A DNA stretch of 64,000 bases from positions 15,573,208-15,637,207 of the forward strand of contig OU015568.1 in assembly GCA_907165135.1 (NCBI GenBank), written 5' to 3'. The position numbers and the translations under genes are program-made. The notes under the pieces were generated by a model. The model had not been told where the DNA came from. It saw nothing but the letters and a program-made list of their open reading frames with translations, and ran no database searches. This document shows, one piece after another, positions 1 to 11,708 of this stretch (within the stretch, counting starts at the first letter, position 1; each line of letters begins with the position of its first letter). The DNA comes from Oikopleura dioica (Eukaryota; Animalia; Chordata).

Positions 1-752
1 TCTCTATAAAGTCAACGTGAACTCTTTCAAAGGGGCGAGATCCCTTTATGGTTGGACGGAATCCTGGGTCCACGTGATGTCCGCGAGCACCTTTCCCGTG
101 CACGCAGAAACATGAACGAACGTACTGAGTCAGATCGTCACTGAAATTTGGCCATGTTAAGTGGCTCATGCTTTCAACCATCCGGTCCTTTCCGGCGTGG
201 TTCTTTCCATCATGGAATGTTCTCAGAATCTCTGGGCGCATTCCACGTGGCACGTATATTCGATTTTTGAACATGAGCGCGCCAGTTTCAGTGCACAACG
301 ATAACTGTTTAAAATAACGCGAAAGAAATGCTGCTTCCTCACAGTTCGAGTCGAAACGCATCTCTTTATTGTGAGTCAGAGCTTCGATTGCCGCTTTACA
401 GGGCTCATCGTGAGCCTGCTCAGAGATGAGTGACATTTTCGCGTAGATACCCTTCTCAATGGGAGCTTTTTCAGTGACATGAGCGGCTATGTCACTTGAC
501 ACAAGTGCTGATAGACCTTCAGGTGAGGTCAAGTCATTTGCGTTGAACTTTACCTCTGGGGAGTCTTTAAGTGACACCCACGATGGAACGTAGATATCAA
601 AATTGTGAAATTTGTGGAACGTCCCAGCTGGGCCGTTCTCGCCCTTGTAAGTAGGACGAGACATGTCCAAGTTAGCTGGCCGACTGAAGTAGTCAGCGAG
701 CGCGTTTGCCTGACCTTCGATATATATACAGACAAAGTTGTACTGTGACAAA
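1..752 (-). CDS. pol: End of RNase H, tether and integrase N-terminus (zinc finger and start of catalytic core)
   Basis: A -1 shift at the A5 run 750-754 gives an open frame to base 1: WWHFLSQYNFVCIYIEGQANALADYFSR...FHDGKNHAGKDRM...WPNFSDDLTQYVRSCFC...PFERVHVDFIE. Confidence 0.9.
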
Positions 753-2430
753 AATGCCACCACCTTGCCAGTTTGTCGTTTTTACTGATCCGCTGATCAA
801 TAAAGGTCAAGGCTCTGTGATCTGTTTTAATGATAAATCTACGTCCAAGAAGGTATACTCTACAGTCAGTAACAGCCAATAAAATAGCATTGGCTTCGCG
901 TTCGGAAGCCGAATACCTTGACTGGCACTCTGTAAATGTTTTTGAACCGATTTTAACGATTCTGGACTTACCGTCCACAATTTGGAGAAGACTCCATCCT
1001 GCCGCCGATGCAGAAGCGTCGGTTACAAGAATGAATTCCTTCGAAAAATCTGGAAACCAAATCATTGACTCCGAGGCAAGCTTGACCTTGATTTTATTGA
1101 ACGCTTTCTGCGCACTCGAAGGCCAATCAAACTTACCCCGTGGTCTATTAGTTTTCAGAACTTGATTGATGGGCTTCATTAGATGTGAAAAATTTTCGGT
1201 GGCAATGGGGTCGCCCGGTTTAATTGATGCAAAGTTGCGGCACCAATTTAACATCCCCAATAAGGACTGCAGCCCTTTATAATCTTTTGGGGGCTGCATA
1301 TCGACGATGGCTTTGACATTATCTGGGTCGGCTCGTTGGCCCTGGGCGTCTATGATCCGGCCTAGCCACTTGTTCTCGGGGAACAATAATTTCGTTTTGG
1401 ATCCTCCACAAACGAAACCGTACTCTGCGAGTTTGGATAATAACTCGTCAAGAGTAGCGCAGTAAGTATCAAAGTCATCGCTGAACAATAATATATCGTC
1501 AACAAATAACATGATGTTCTTCCTGTGCTTCATGTCCCGGAGAGCGTGCGTAATTGCACGGACGAATAAATGACCTGAGCTACGTAATCCAAATGGAAGA
1601 CGAGTGAATTTCAAACACTCGTCGTTCCAGAAAATAGACAATTTTACCTGGTCCTCCTCCCTTACCTTGATATTCCAAAAACCCGATGCAATATCTAAGA
1701 GGCCGAAGTATTTCATTCCCACTGGGACCTCCATCGCGGCCTCGATATTCGGAATTTGGTAAGTGTCTGCATCTACAAGAAGGGGATTAACCGTGAGGTT
1801 TAGATTAAGTATGAGGCGGGAACCCCCGTCGTGCTTGCTAACAGCACCGACGGGTGTATTCCACCCCATACTATTCTCACAAATCGCCAGAACCCCGATT
1901 TTCTTGAGCATTTCAATCTGCTCAGTGATGGGCCCCACGTGTCGCTCGGCGACCCGAAACTGTGGAACGTGACGAGTCTTACCGGGCACGGTAAGGATTT
2001 CTGCCTCATATGCCTTATACTCACCGATTGGTCTTTCTGACGTCTTGAAAGTTGGCTCGTTTTTAAGCACTATAAGAGCTACCTTTCTCGCCTTATCGGA
2101 GCACTCAGTGTTAATGGCCGCCCCGATTCGCTCGAGTACAGTCTCAACCAGTTGAGCTGTGCTCTGCGGATCAGTGGCTGCATTAATATTACCGAGTCTC
2201 GTGCGACGAAGAGACTGTTGCCGCGGATGACTCATATAGGGGATAAATGCCCACTCGTTCCTTTGTGAACGAAAATCGATGGTTCTCTCTTGTAGATTCA
2301 TGTTGATCTCTAAGCACCGCTCATTGAGCGGACGCCGTCCTAGAATACACGGAATAGTCATACATTCCGCCGGTAGAACGAAAAATTCAACGTTTGGCCA
2401 AGTCGTGTTACCAATATTGATCTCAGTCAC
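550..2430 (-). CDS. pol: Reverse transcriptase and RNase H
   Basis: LDIASGFWNI, FTRLPFGL, LFVDDILL (YxDD-type), KWLG, LVTDAS, YSASEREANA, IIKTDHRAL motifs. Confidence 0.97.
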   Translation of the reverse strand: MTEINIGNTTWPNVEFFVLPAECMTIPCILGRRPLNERCLEINMNLQERTIDFRSQRNEWAFIPYMSHPRQQSLRRTRLGNINAATDPQSTAQLVETVLERIGAAINTECSDKARKVALIVLKNEPTFKTSERPIGEYKAYEAEILTVPGKTRHVPQFRVAERHVGPITEQIEMLKKIGVLAICENSMGWNTPVGAVSKHDGGSRLILNLNLTVNPLLVDADTYQIPNIEAAMEVPVGMKYFGLLDIASGFWNIKVREEDQVKLSIFWNDECLKFTRLPFGLRSSGHLFVRAITHALRDMKHRKNIMLFVDDILLFSDDFDTYCATLDELLSKLAEYGFVCGGSKTKLLFPENKWLGRIIDAQGQRADPDNVKAIVDMQPPKDYKGLQSLLGMLNWCRNFASIKPGDPIATENFSHLMKPINQVLKTNRPRGKFDWPSSAQKAFNKIKVKLASESMIWFPDFSKEFILVTDASASAAGWSLLQIVDGKSRIVKIGSKTFTECQSRYSASEREANAILLAVTDCRVYLLGRRFIIKTDHRALTFIDQRISKNDKLARWWHFCHSTTLSVYISKVRQTRSLTTSVGQLTWTCLVLLTRARTAQLGRSTNFTILISTFHRGCHLKTPQR

Positions 2431-2720
2431 AACGCGGCCGAGTGCTTTTGACTTTTGCCACCGACCCCGCGGACCGTTTGGTTTACAGGGCTCATCTTTA
2501 GCCTAAGATCAGTAACAACTGTTTCACTTAGTAGTGAGGCAAAACTACCGGAATCTAAGAGCGCTGAGATCCATTTATCATTGAAGTTATTAAATCTTAT
2601 TGGAAGGAAGAGAGGACTAGAGTTGCCAGGGAAATACATCGAAAAATTTGGGGAAGTTTGTCCGGCCAGATCATTTTCATAGCCGGACTCGTCTAGTTTT
2701 TGGCTCACAATCGAAGGTAA
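2427..2720 (-). CDS. pol: Retroviral-type aspartic protease (C-terminal part of ORF 2427..3206)
   Basis: ALLDSGSFASLL active site and VRGVGG flap; joins the RT frame by one added base in a T4 run at 2446-2456. Confidence 0.9.
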   Translation of the reverse strand, partial: LPSIVSQKLDESGYENDLAGQTSPNFSMYFPGNSSPLFLPIRFNNFNDKWISALLDSGSFASLLSETVVTDLRLKMSPVNQTVRGVGGKSQKHSAAL

Positions 2721-4082
2721 CGTATGATTCTTCGAGACCGGAGTAATCATAGTTAGCATCTGTGGCGTAGTTATTACCGAGATCGTAGAACTGCCCATTA
2801 TCAAGCTCATCATTATATTCGCCGAGAGGCTGATATTGTGCGTCATGGAAAGTAGCGTTAGAATACGAAGGACCGTTTGAAATTGCGTACTGGTAGCCGC
2901 GTGACATTCCCCGGCTCCGATCGGAACCGTGGTGATATCCTCGACCGCCACTTCCATTTGATTGACCGCTGGTACCACCTTGGTAGTTACCCCCTTGTTG
3001 GGAGCCACCAGAAGTGCGGTTGTTTTGGGAACCATTAGAATTTTGGCCACCTCGGTGTCCACCCCGGCCACCGCCTCGGTTTCCTCCACGGCCACCTCGA
3101 CCGTGACCTTGATGTCCACCGCGGTTCCCACCTTGTTGGTTTTTCTGGCCGTTGTTTTGGCCACCTTGTTTAGGTTGAGACTGGCGACCGTCGCCGCCAT
3201 TCCCATTTTGGCGGTTACCCTGGTTCTTCTTCTTGTTATTCTGGTTTGAAGAACCCTGGCTACCCCCTTCGGCAGTATTAACCGATTTGAAAGAAGTCTG
3301 AGTATTCAAAGCTTCTGCGCGCTGAGCAATTTGCTCGGAAGATTGAAAACTTTTAAGCTCAATGATAATTGAAGAATAAACGTCGTCACTATCTTGGCGA
3401 ATTGATTGGAGACACTTCAAAATCTTGAGCGCACCGAAGGCATCCCGGAAATCAGGCTTATAATCGTCCTGACCGGTGGCCTTTCGCATTTTGATAAGCT
3501 CCTCTCGGAAGCTATCGATTATTGGTTCTAGGGCATTGGAAGTTTCGCAGTGATGCTGCGTGAAAGAAGTGCCAGTAGGCTTAGGGGCTGTCAACCAATT
3601 TTCTAATCGCTGATAGACATTTGAGAACAAACCGTAGTTTTCTTCAAGGCTATCTCGAGAGACTCAAAATCCTTAACTTGCGCATTATCCAACGTTTTAA
3701 GAACATTGGGTGCGATGTGGGCCTTAACGGCTCCGTAAATCATGTCAAATCCGAGAGTCGGACAAGCTTGAATGATTCCCTTCACTTTCTGAAGGAAAAC
3801 AGTCGTAGCCTCACAGTTATTACCTGTGAATTTTCCGAGTTTCCCGAGATGAGACATGAGAATTTGACTCTGAATGTAATAATTTGCACTGCCGACGGCA
3901 CCCTGAGATGGATTGCCACTCGGCTGTTCTAAAGCCAAGGCGACATACTTCTCATTAAGTTCCGCCAGCTCCTTTTTCGCCTTCGCAAGCTCGTCCTGCT
4001 GCGCAGTGTCAGCTGGTGGACGGCTTTCGTAGGTCTTGATTAATTGTTGCTTCAGAAGAATATCGATTTTGATAGCGTCCAT
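2677..4082 (-). CDS. gag: Gag, split by a frameshift at about 3640, with a Gly/Arg/Gln/Asn-rich C-terminal region
   Basis: Position upstream of PR; KFTGNN...FLQKV capsid-like motif; ORFs 3603..4082 and 2677..3630 join as LKKNYGLFSNVYQRLE if one base is restored in the T4 run 3638-3641. Confidence 0.85.
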
Positions 4083-4527
4083 GTTGTCCGTTGATCACAC
4101 TCGTAGTATGATTGACTCTTTTAACGGGCATGAACATTGGTTGACAGAAAATATTTGAAAAAAAAAAATTTTATTCTAGAACTCGAGAAAATTTTCGGGG
4201 AAAATAACCTATTTTACCCCCTGCACTCAGGTATATCGTTTTTCACGTTTAGAATGCTCGTAGTTTATTACCGGTAGAAAACTAGAGATTCTAGGCGGAT
4301 GTAAAAACTAGTATTTCGCCGAACATCGCCTTAGAGTGCATTTGAACGTAGCCATAATCGGTTTTCTAACCGTAAACACCGTTTGGTGCGCGCGCGGTCC
4401 CTATCTGATCCTCATCAGGCCGGCTACGTGGCAATTTAGCCGTTGAAAAATTTGGTGGCTCTGATTGGCGGATAGGTTCCGCGTGCCTAGCGCGCGGCCC
4501 CTCTATTGGGCGCGAACAATTTCAGAA

Positions 4528-4536
4528 CTCTTACCA
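4528..4536 (-). promoter_or_regulatory. Candidate primer-binding site TGGTAAGAG
   Basis: TGG directly follows the ...AACA LTR end on the minus strand; primer tRNA not identified. Confidence 0.5.
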
Positions 4537-5065
4537 TGTTCTGAACCCTATCTGTGACTCGACGAGGGTAGAACTGCCGGTCGTCGACACAGAGTGCATC
4601 TTATTCTAAGATTTAGAATATTTATTATGATTAAAATTATTTAAAATTACCCTAGAATAACTCTAGAATAATACTAGTCCAGAAGGACTAGTTGTCAGGA
4701 GGTTCATTTTACACTTCAACACCACTAATAGTTCTCAAAGCTGCTAACTAGGAACTATCATCTAACTAAGTATGCCCTCTGAATCGACCAAACGCGACAG
4801 TCCTGCAATATACAATAAACACACTGTAACTCTCAGAAATCGTTTCTCTGTCTCTATTATTCCAGTCGGGGAGGCAGAGGATAAAACAGTATTTTTTGTA
4901 AATTGGGCTGCTCGGCCCGTGCCTGTTCGTCGAGTGGAGTGGCAGCGCCGAGCTGAGTGCAATTCGGAAAATTTTGTGCCGAGTCACGCCCGGGCCAACC
5001 ACTGGTTGGTCAGACGTGGCTCGACACTGACTAAGCAATTAAGAGGGAATCGTCATTACGTAACA
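4537..5065 (-). repeat. Putative 5' LTR (about 529 bp)
   Basis: TGTT...AACA termini, AATAAA on the minus strand at about 4621-4626, PBS-like TGG adjacent; the 3' LTR is outside the window so the boundaries are unconfirmed. Confidence 0.6.
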
Positions 5066-5452
5066 TCTAGGAGAACTATTAAATGAAATTAATAATTGCC
5101 AGAAACATTCCATTTCCGAATATATTTTTCCACTTTTTTGTGTAACATGTTTTTGTTTCACATCTGTAGTTACAGATTTTGACGACTGTAGCTTGATAAA
5201 AATAATCAAAATCCGACTTACTGCCAAAACTAACCATCGGTCCATTGGGACGGTATTTTGCTGTGTTTATTATTTTAGGAAGCAATTAGTATTCTTCAAA
5301 ACATTTCTGTAGCTTCAGTAGAAACTGCTGATATGAGTAATTACAATTCGCAATTAGCGAAAATACAGGCTACCCGACAAAAGATAAATTTATTCTTCAG
5401 TCTTCTTTTCGGTAGACTGGATGGATTCTAAGGGGTAACAATTTATCTTCAG

Positions 5453-7048
5453 AAAAACAGGACTCGCCTCTTGCTCCAACGTGGACGCGTTTTTCTGTGC
5501 ATGTTTGACGTTCGGGAATGCCTCGCCGATGCTCTTGCCGCAATCGAGATCGCCACGAGGTCACAAATATTTAAAACTCCGAATGTCGCATTTTCTGTAT
5601 ACAAAAATCTTCCGCGAGTTTTTTCTCGTTCACGTTACTCAATTTTTGAACTCGACTTTGTTCAAAAAGAATTTGTGACCCCATTCAAAGGCAAATTAAA
5701 CGCCGATGCTTGGCTACTCAAGGCAGCGGCGCTAGAATGCGATAAAATGTACGATCAAGCGTCGAATGCCTTTCAAACTGCGCTGAAAATTCAAGCGACG
5801 TCTGAAGAAGGTAGGCGATTATTTTTATTCATGTAACCTATATTTTTATTTGAGACTGGTTATTTTGAGATTTTTTCTATTTTGAGCAAGGTTGAAAATC
5901 GACCCAAGTCTAAATAAAAATTGCCTGTTTCTTGTTCATCTGAGTTATCATCTATTTAAAGAGCGGACTTCTGTTACGAGAATTACGAGAAATGTTATTT
6001 AATAATTTCTTTCCTAGCAAAACGCGGTCTAAAGCGCTGTCTAAAGGCTTCCTTCCAAGTCCGAAACAACCCGACACAGCTCAAATTACGCAAAAAGTAC
6101 AACGAGAATATTATGGAAATTCTAGCAGGTAAGCCGGGCCTTTACTGTAAATCCTCCGCATTAATAATCCCTTTTAGAAAGGGACTTATCAGTAATTTGT
6201 TCGATATTTACAGTCAGCACGTTTTTACGCTCCGGAGAGCGAGAACAAGTGTTGGCGGTAATAAAATTAAATACTGCATAAACGGCCAATTATCATATTA
6301 TAATTTCTTTATATACAACTGGCAATGTTCCGTAATAGAGTATTTGGATGATCAAGGTCAAACGTTTGAGACGCCTTTGGTTAGGCGACGACGCGAAGAC
6401 GCTTTTGGTTAGATTTCCTTTTATTCGATCGTATTTGGGGCTGGGCTTTGCAGCCTGAGTAGAAAACCTGAGTCAGGCTCTGGAAGAGCTAAAATGAAAA
6501 ACCGCGTCTCATTTTAGCTTTTCCAGAGCCCGACTCAGGTTGCCGAGCCCAGATTTGGGGATCTAGGCCAGTTCTTTCTTGTCACGAGATTCGTATGAAG
6601 TCATGCTTCCATTGAGTGTAATTCCTGCTAAGCATCATGCGTACAATTTGATTACCGGCGGATTAAGCTGCTATTATCTTAATTTCTACACAGACGTGCA
6701 ATACCGTGGTAGTATCATGCATCGCCGAGAGTGGCTTAACAGCGTCTAAAAACTAGCTCCGTAGATTTATGCTGTAAGTAACTATTTTTCGTAGATCCGA
6801 AAATCAAGGCCCTGCTGAAGGATCTTTCGCTGCGAGATCAGAGCGATTACCTGCGCAATCCGGAAATGGTGGAAAAAGTGCAGACGCTCATTGATGTCGG
6901 CATCATCAAGATGCGATCAGCTCACTCGGAAGTTTATCCCCAGCATAACTTGGACCCTGACAACCCGATATTAGTTCTGCAAAAGAATGCGCATTTTGAG
7001 ACGCACGATGACGAGCCCGTTCAAGAGCCAAGCGAAGTTCAAAGCTAG
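5453..7048 (+). CDS. STI1/HOP-like protein (TPR2B-like repeats plus DP/STI1 domain), multi-exon; 5' exons uncertain
   Basis: Exons give RLLLQRGRVFLCMFDVRECLADALAAIEI...ADAWLLKAAALECDKMYDQASNAFQTALKIQATSEEAKRGLKRC...DPKIKALLKDL...LRNPEMVEKVQTLIDVGIIKMR, aligning to the STIP1 C-terminus ([28 protein letters not shown]). Confidence 0.8.
6441..6552. mobile_element. Family-A MITE, short internally deleted copy, intronic
   Basis: CTGGGC...GCCCAG termini, perfect 8-bp TSD ATTTGGGG. Confidence 0.9.
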
Positions 7049-7889
7049 AAACATGTCCTGCTCCAATACACTGCCCAAGAAATACACTCTCACTGATAAA
7101 ATTGTGTCAGTCATTTTTCAGTCAAATCATAAGCCTATTTCTAAGACAGCAATCCCACAATTTCGAAAATCGAATCAGAATATTTGACTTTCTCACGTTC
7201 CCTGTCTGACATCGACTGGGTATGAAAATATTGATGCTGCAATTCGCATAATTATAAGCTACGGCGAAGGCGTGTATTCTCACAGATTTCATTTCACGGA
7301 TCAAAAAATTTTTAAACATGATTTCTTTTTTAGCGATTTTAGGTCGTACAAATATTAAAGTTCAGTAGCAGATACAGTATCTAGGGTTAGGGTTAGAGTT
7401 AGAAGGTCTTTCCCCCAATTGGGAATGACTTTTTCAAACACCAATTTCTGGTGGACACCCTTAAGATTTTTTGAAAAATTCAGTCTTCAGAGAAAGCGAT
7501 TCGTTCTTTAGTTTCTTTGATTTATGCAAGCGTTCCGTATCTTGTCTCCTAGGGATTGATTGAGCATGTCTTAGATAGCATGTTTTTCAAAAAATCTGAT
7601 TTCATTACTTATCTAGCGCTGTCTCCCGAATGTGACATCTTGAATTTTCGCTTCCGCTACTCTTATTACGCTCTTAGTTTTACCCGACATGCGTTTAGGT
7701 TTATAACGCGTTCTCATACTTGGGTACTTGCTCCAATTTGTTAATTATTTCACTCATCTCATTTTTCGTAAAAGAAGAATTCCTTCATCTAGAATTGTTT
7801 ATTTACGAAGAAAACTCGTATTATCCAAGCAAGAAAGTAGCGCCGGTTGAAATCTAACGGGTCGACCTCCCGGCCATAATGGATCAGCT

Positions 7890-9640
7890 ACTTCCCATGA
7901 GATCAGGATCGCTGGATGCAAGATCTCTTAGAGGATGCTTCTCCCAGCGCAGGTCACGAGTTCTAGCTTCCTGTTTTTCTGTTTTCGTATTTGCGCATTC
8001 CGCGTTCCATCTTCTGTACTTTGGTTTTGAGCAGGTAACTCGGTCATTCTAAGCTTGGCAACCTGTAAAGAAAACCTGATTCAGGGTCTGACTTTCAGAA
8101 TCTGAAACAGCTTCAATTCAGGCGAAGCCGCTTCGCGGCTTCGGTACATAAAAAGCCGCTTCGCGGCTTTATTTTTATAAAACCCGCTACGCGGCTTTTC
8201 CATTAAGTTCCTTCAGACCCGGACTAAGGTCATTTACACAGGTTGCTGTCCTAGTGGTCATTATAATCTATAAACTTTCGATTCAGTATGGTTCATAGAG
8301 AAGATCTTCTAACAGCAGCTAAGAAATGGTAGCGTATTTCTGTGGCAAGGTCAAGAGGAAAAACGTGGTTACCGGAAGCAAGAAAAGATTGCGAAGTTTT
8401 TTCCAGCGCTGGTGAATATAAATTGCCCCCTTTGCCAACTTGCGCGGCTCATCACCAGAGCATCGCTTATAATCGGCTTGAAAGGCTTGAAAGCAGACTT
8501 CTAGTGTTGCTTTGTTGGACTCTAAACACAGTTCGTGACCCTTGAAAATCGCAAGAGGAACGAACTGTGTTTATATTCAAGCTAAGTTTACCTGGAAAGG
8601 TGGTTCTACTTTCTGATCTAAAAGCCGCTTATTTCTTGAAAAACTACTTTTAGACAAATTTTTCCTGAGACATTTTTACGCCTGGAAAAACCCGCAAAAT
8701 GTCCAAAAAAGATAAGTTTCAGTCTTTATCTGATTCGGCAAAAACAAAAAGCCACAACAAAAACGGACTGAAAATTTCACCCCTTTTTGAAGAAGTTCCA
8801 AGTATGTTCTTACGAACGTTCTCGGAATGTAAGTGATCATACTTCAGTTTGCCATCCCTATTTTTTTCAAGTGTTGGGGCCAAAAATACTCATTCTCATG
8901 AATTTCCGGAAGAATTCAAGCAGGAAGTCTCTTTCTATGCCCCGTTCACTCCTCACTGCTAATCCCATTTGCCCCTCTTACTTGGAAAAAACTGCCAATA
9001 AACGTTCTTCGCATTTCTTTTCTCCAAAGGTACATTCCTTCCATTGTTTTTAGAACATTTCTGATCCTTTTTGGAAATCAGAAATCTTCTGCGATGGTCA
9101 TTTTCAAAGTTGAACTAATAACAATGAATTGACTAATTGCTACGAATGAATTGGTAACAGGCTTATCTTTGGTTCAGTCGTATTTATTAAAAAGCAAAGT
9201 GGTCAAGGGGGTCTTGAATGAAGGGTAACCTATGATCGCAATTGTCAATTAAATCTCAATTTTAGATCTCTTTTTAGAGAAATGGCGGGAGTTCGATTTT
9301 TCACTGTATTTTTTTTTCTGTTATCGGCAGAATGGAACTCCAAGGAACAGGAAGTAACTAACGCCCATCCTCATTTGTTGTGAAAATTTTGGACATTATT
9401 GATTTTAAAAGTTCATCGAAACTTTTAACTCGGCAGTAGTTTTTTCATCGAAGTTGACTTCATTTTTCCATGCTCGCGTCCTATAGTGGCTTCTTCCTCT
9501 TTGTAATCATTTCTTGCAATCCGGAAGATAGAGTGAGCTTATTTTGCTTACGTATGCAAGCGGTTAGAGATGAATGCAACCTCGCCGCACCAAGCAGTGA
9601 CGCCAGTTCCTCCTTTCGTCTCTTTCTTGGTATCTAGCTG
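7890..9640 (-). CDS. Probable exons of an unidentified multi-exon gene
   Basis: Short open segments with splice-like ends (DTKKETKGGTGVTAWCGEVAF; VCFQAFQADYKRCSGDEPRKLAKG; DRVTCSKPKYRRWNAEC); no family recognised. Confidence 0.3.
8049..8254. mobile_element. Family-A MITE, degenerate
   Basis: Degenerate TIRs, AAGCCGC hairpins, TSD (C/T)GGTCATT. Confidence 0.85.
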
Positions 9641-10792
9641 TGTTTTTACAAGGCCGCTTTGAACCCAGCATCGGACTACTGTCCAAAAAATAGCTCAACC
9701 GCAGCTCAACCAGACGGTAATCGCGGTTTTGGCGCCTTCAAAGGAGCAAACTACAAACTATCCACAAATGAGAACTGCTTTTGAGTATTTTTTAAGAGCA
9801 TTTTTTTTCTGATTAAGCCTTTCTCAAGCCTAAAGCTTCAATTCAACGAACTAAAGGTTCACACTTCATACAACTTCGAAAAAGAAAAAAAGCTGCGATA
9901 AGCTCCGTTACGGTTTACTAGACTTAACCGTAGACTACATTAAAGTGAGTACTTCTCCGGTAAAAGTACTCGATACTGCCCTAGTTTAAAAAATTTCGAC
10001 GGAAGATACAGTATTGAGGCGCTAATTGCGAGAACGTTTTTGCTTCTAGTGCGCTCTCTTCAAATTTGAGGACGTTGACGATTGTGAACTGCAGTCTATT
10101 TTTGTGTGTTCGACTTGGGAATAATACTCGTGTACTAGTAATAATTGACACCTAGAAAAGTGATGGTTCGTGTTCACACCTCAATACGAAAACCGCTCTC
10201 TTTCATGTTTTGTAAAAACAAGGTTGTATGCTATGTATTGGTGGAGCTTGGTTAGAAGCTTTGAATTGTTACTGTATATTCATTTTTTAAATATAGAAAT
10301 CCAGGGTCTTTTACGAAGCTTTATCGATATTTTGAGGTTGAAATTTGGATTTTTTACTTTATTTTTTATCGATTTTTTCTGTCTAGAATTTGATGAGTTG
10401 AGCGTAGAAGAACAAGTTCAAGCCGCAGACAAAAAAATGGACAATTTCGTGTGTCGTTTTTTTACCATTTCAAAAGAGTGGCCAATTTTTCAGCCCGTCA
10501 AAACGTTGTGTAAGCGCGGCTCGGTCGCCAAAATGCAGTATGAATCTGGCTACTGGGCACGTTTATTGTCTGCTCCTACCCTCAGCCTGTCGTCTGATGA
10601 CCACTGCGCACGCATAATGCAATATTCTGAACTGATTGGCGCCAATTTTTCGCGCAACGCGCATTTTTCTGAATTTGGGAAAATGCAAAATTCGCAATCA
10701 TCAGGCATAATGAGCACGATCAGCCACTGCCCTTGATTTCCAAGAAGCAAAGAACTGTCAGAAAATTAGTCAAGATTCAGGACTATTTAGGC

Positions 10793-11035
10793 CTGGACTC
10801 GGCAACCTGTGTAAAAAACCTGAGTCAGGCTTTGAAGAGCAAAAGTGTAAAGCCGCGTAGCGGCTTTTTTGAAAACGAAGCCGCAAAGCGGCTTCGCAAC
10901 ACAATCACTCTTTTTTATGTATAAACATTGGCAAAGCCGCTTCGCGGCTTCGTTTTTAAAAAAGCCGCTACGCGGCTTTATATTTTAGCTCTTCAAAGCC
11001 TGAGTCAGGTTTCTTGCACAGGTTGCAGAGCCAAA
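10793..11035. mobile_element. Family-A MITE
   Basis: Full palindromic structure with four AAGCCGC-N3-GCGGCTT hairpins; TSD degenerate (6/8). Confidence 0.9.
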
Positions 11036-11708
11036 ATTCAGGACTTGACATTGAACTCTGCTCCTTCTTCCTAATTATTCCGTTTCCAACGGACATTTCT
11101 TCTCCTTGTTTATAGAAAATATATTCATAATTACCTACAACGAAGCACTACGGTAGTGGTTAACAATTGAAAATCGCCCTTACTCTTGCGTAGATTCCGG
11201 CTTAGCAAAGTGGTTCTTCAGAAAAATTCCTCAAAAAAAGTACCTGAACTTCATAATAACTGCATGCAAAGATGCTTACGTTCGAGTGTAATTTTGACAA
11301 AAATAACAATCATAATAACGAAAAAACCGCAAAATCAAGTCGCTACTGAACCTATACTTTAATTGCCTATTTAAATAGGTAAACCTATCTTAGCTTAACT
11401 TTCTCGCCCGTGCTTTGATAACCAGCGCGATACTCGACGGAAAATGATTGTAGTTCGGTCTGTTCGCCTCCTCGTAAATTTACTAGCAGACGGTTTCACC
11501 GGGGATAAACGATAGCTACGTTGCGGTTCGGATCGCTTGAAGTAATCAATTTTGCTTGGCTCTTACTAAAGAGGTCCTCTTGAAGAGGAGAGATATGAAA
11601 AAATTGACTGCCTGTTGTTGGCCCAACAACTTGTTGGGGGAGTTTGAATTAGATTTACTCCGAGTAATACTACCGTGTCTCGTAAATATTTTGGAGGGCC
11701 CTGGTCGG

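Larger units (their letters stand above)
1..5065 (-). mobile_element. Ty3/gypsy LTR retrotransposon (Tor-like), 5' part; continues beyond the window start
   Basis: Order on minus strand is LTR, gag, aspartic protease, RT, RNase H, integrase; PR-RT-RH-IN order is diagnostic of Ty3/gypsy. Confidence 0.97.

Noticed and set aside
2720-3206. Long dual-coding overlap of gag and the protease-frame ORF
   Set aside because: The GGN/CAA/AAC-rich tract lacks stops in the shifted frame by composition; only the last 100 or so codons look like protease.
4083-5065. env gene or other extra ORF upstream of gag
   Set aside because: Only short ORFs without signal or transmembrane features; an env could still lie downstream of pol, outside the window.
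10170-10736. 188-aa ORF as a single gene
   Set aside because: GTG start, T-rich intron-like 5' half and promoter-like (CCAAT, GCGC) 3' half; no recognisable domain.
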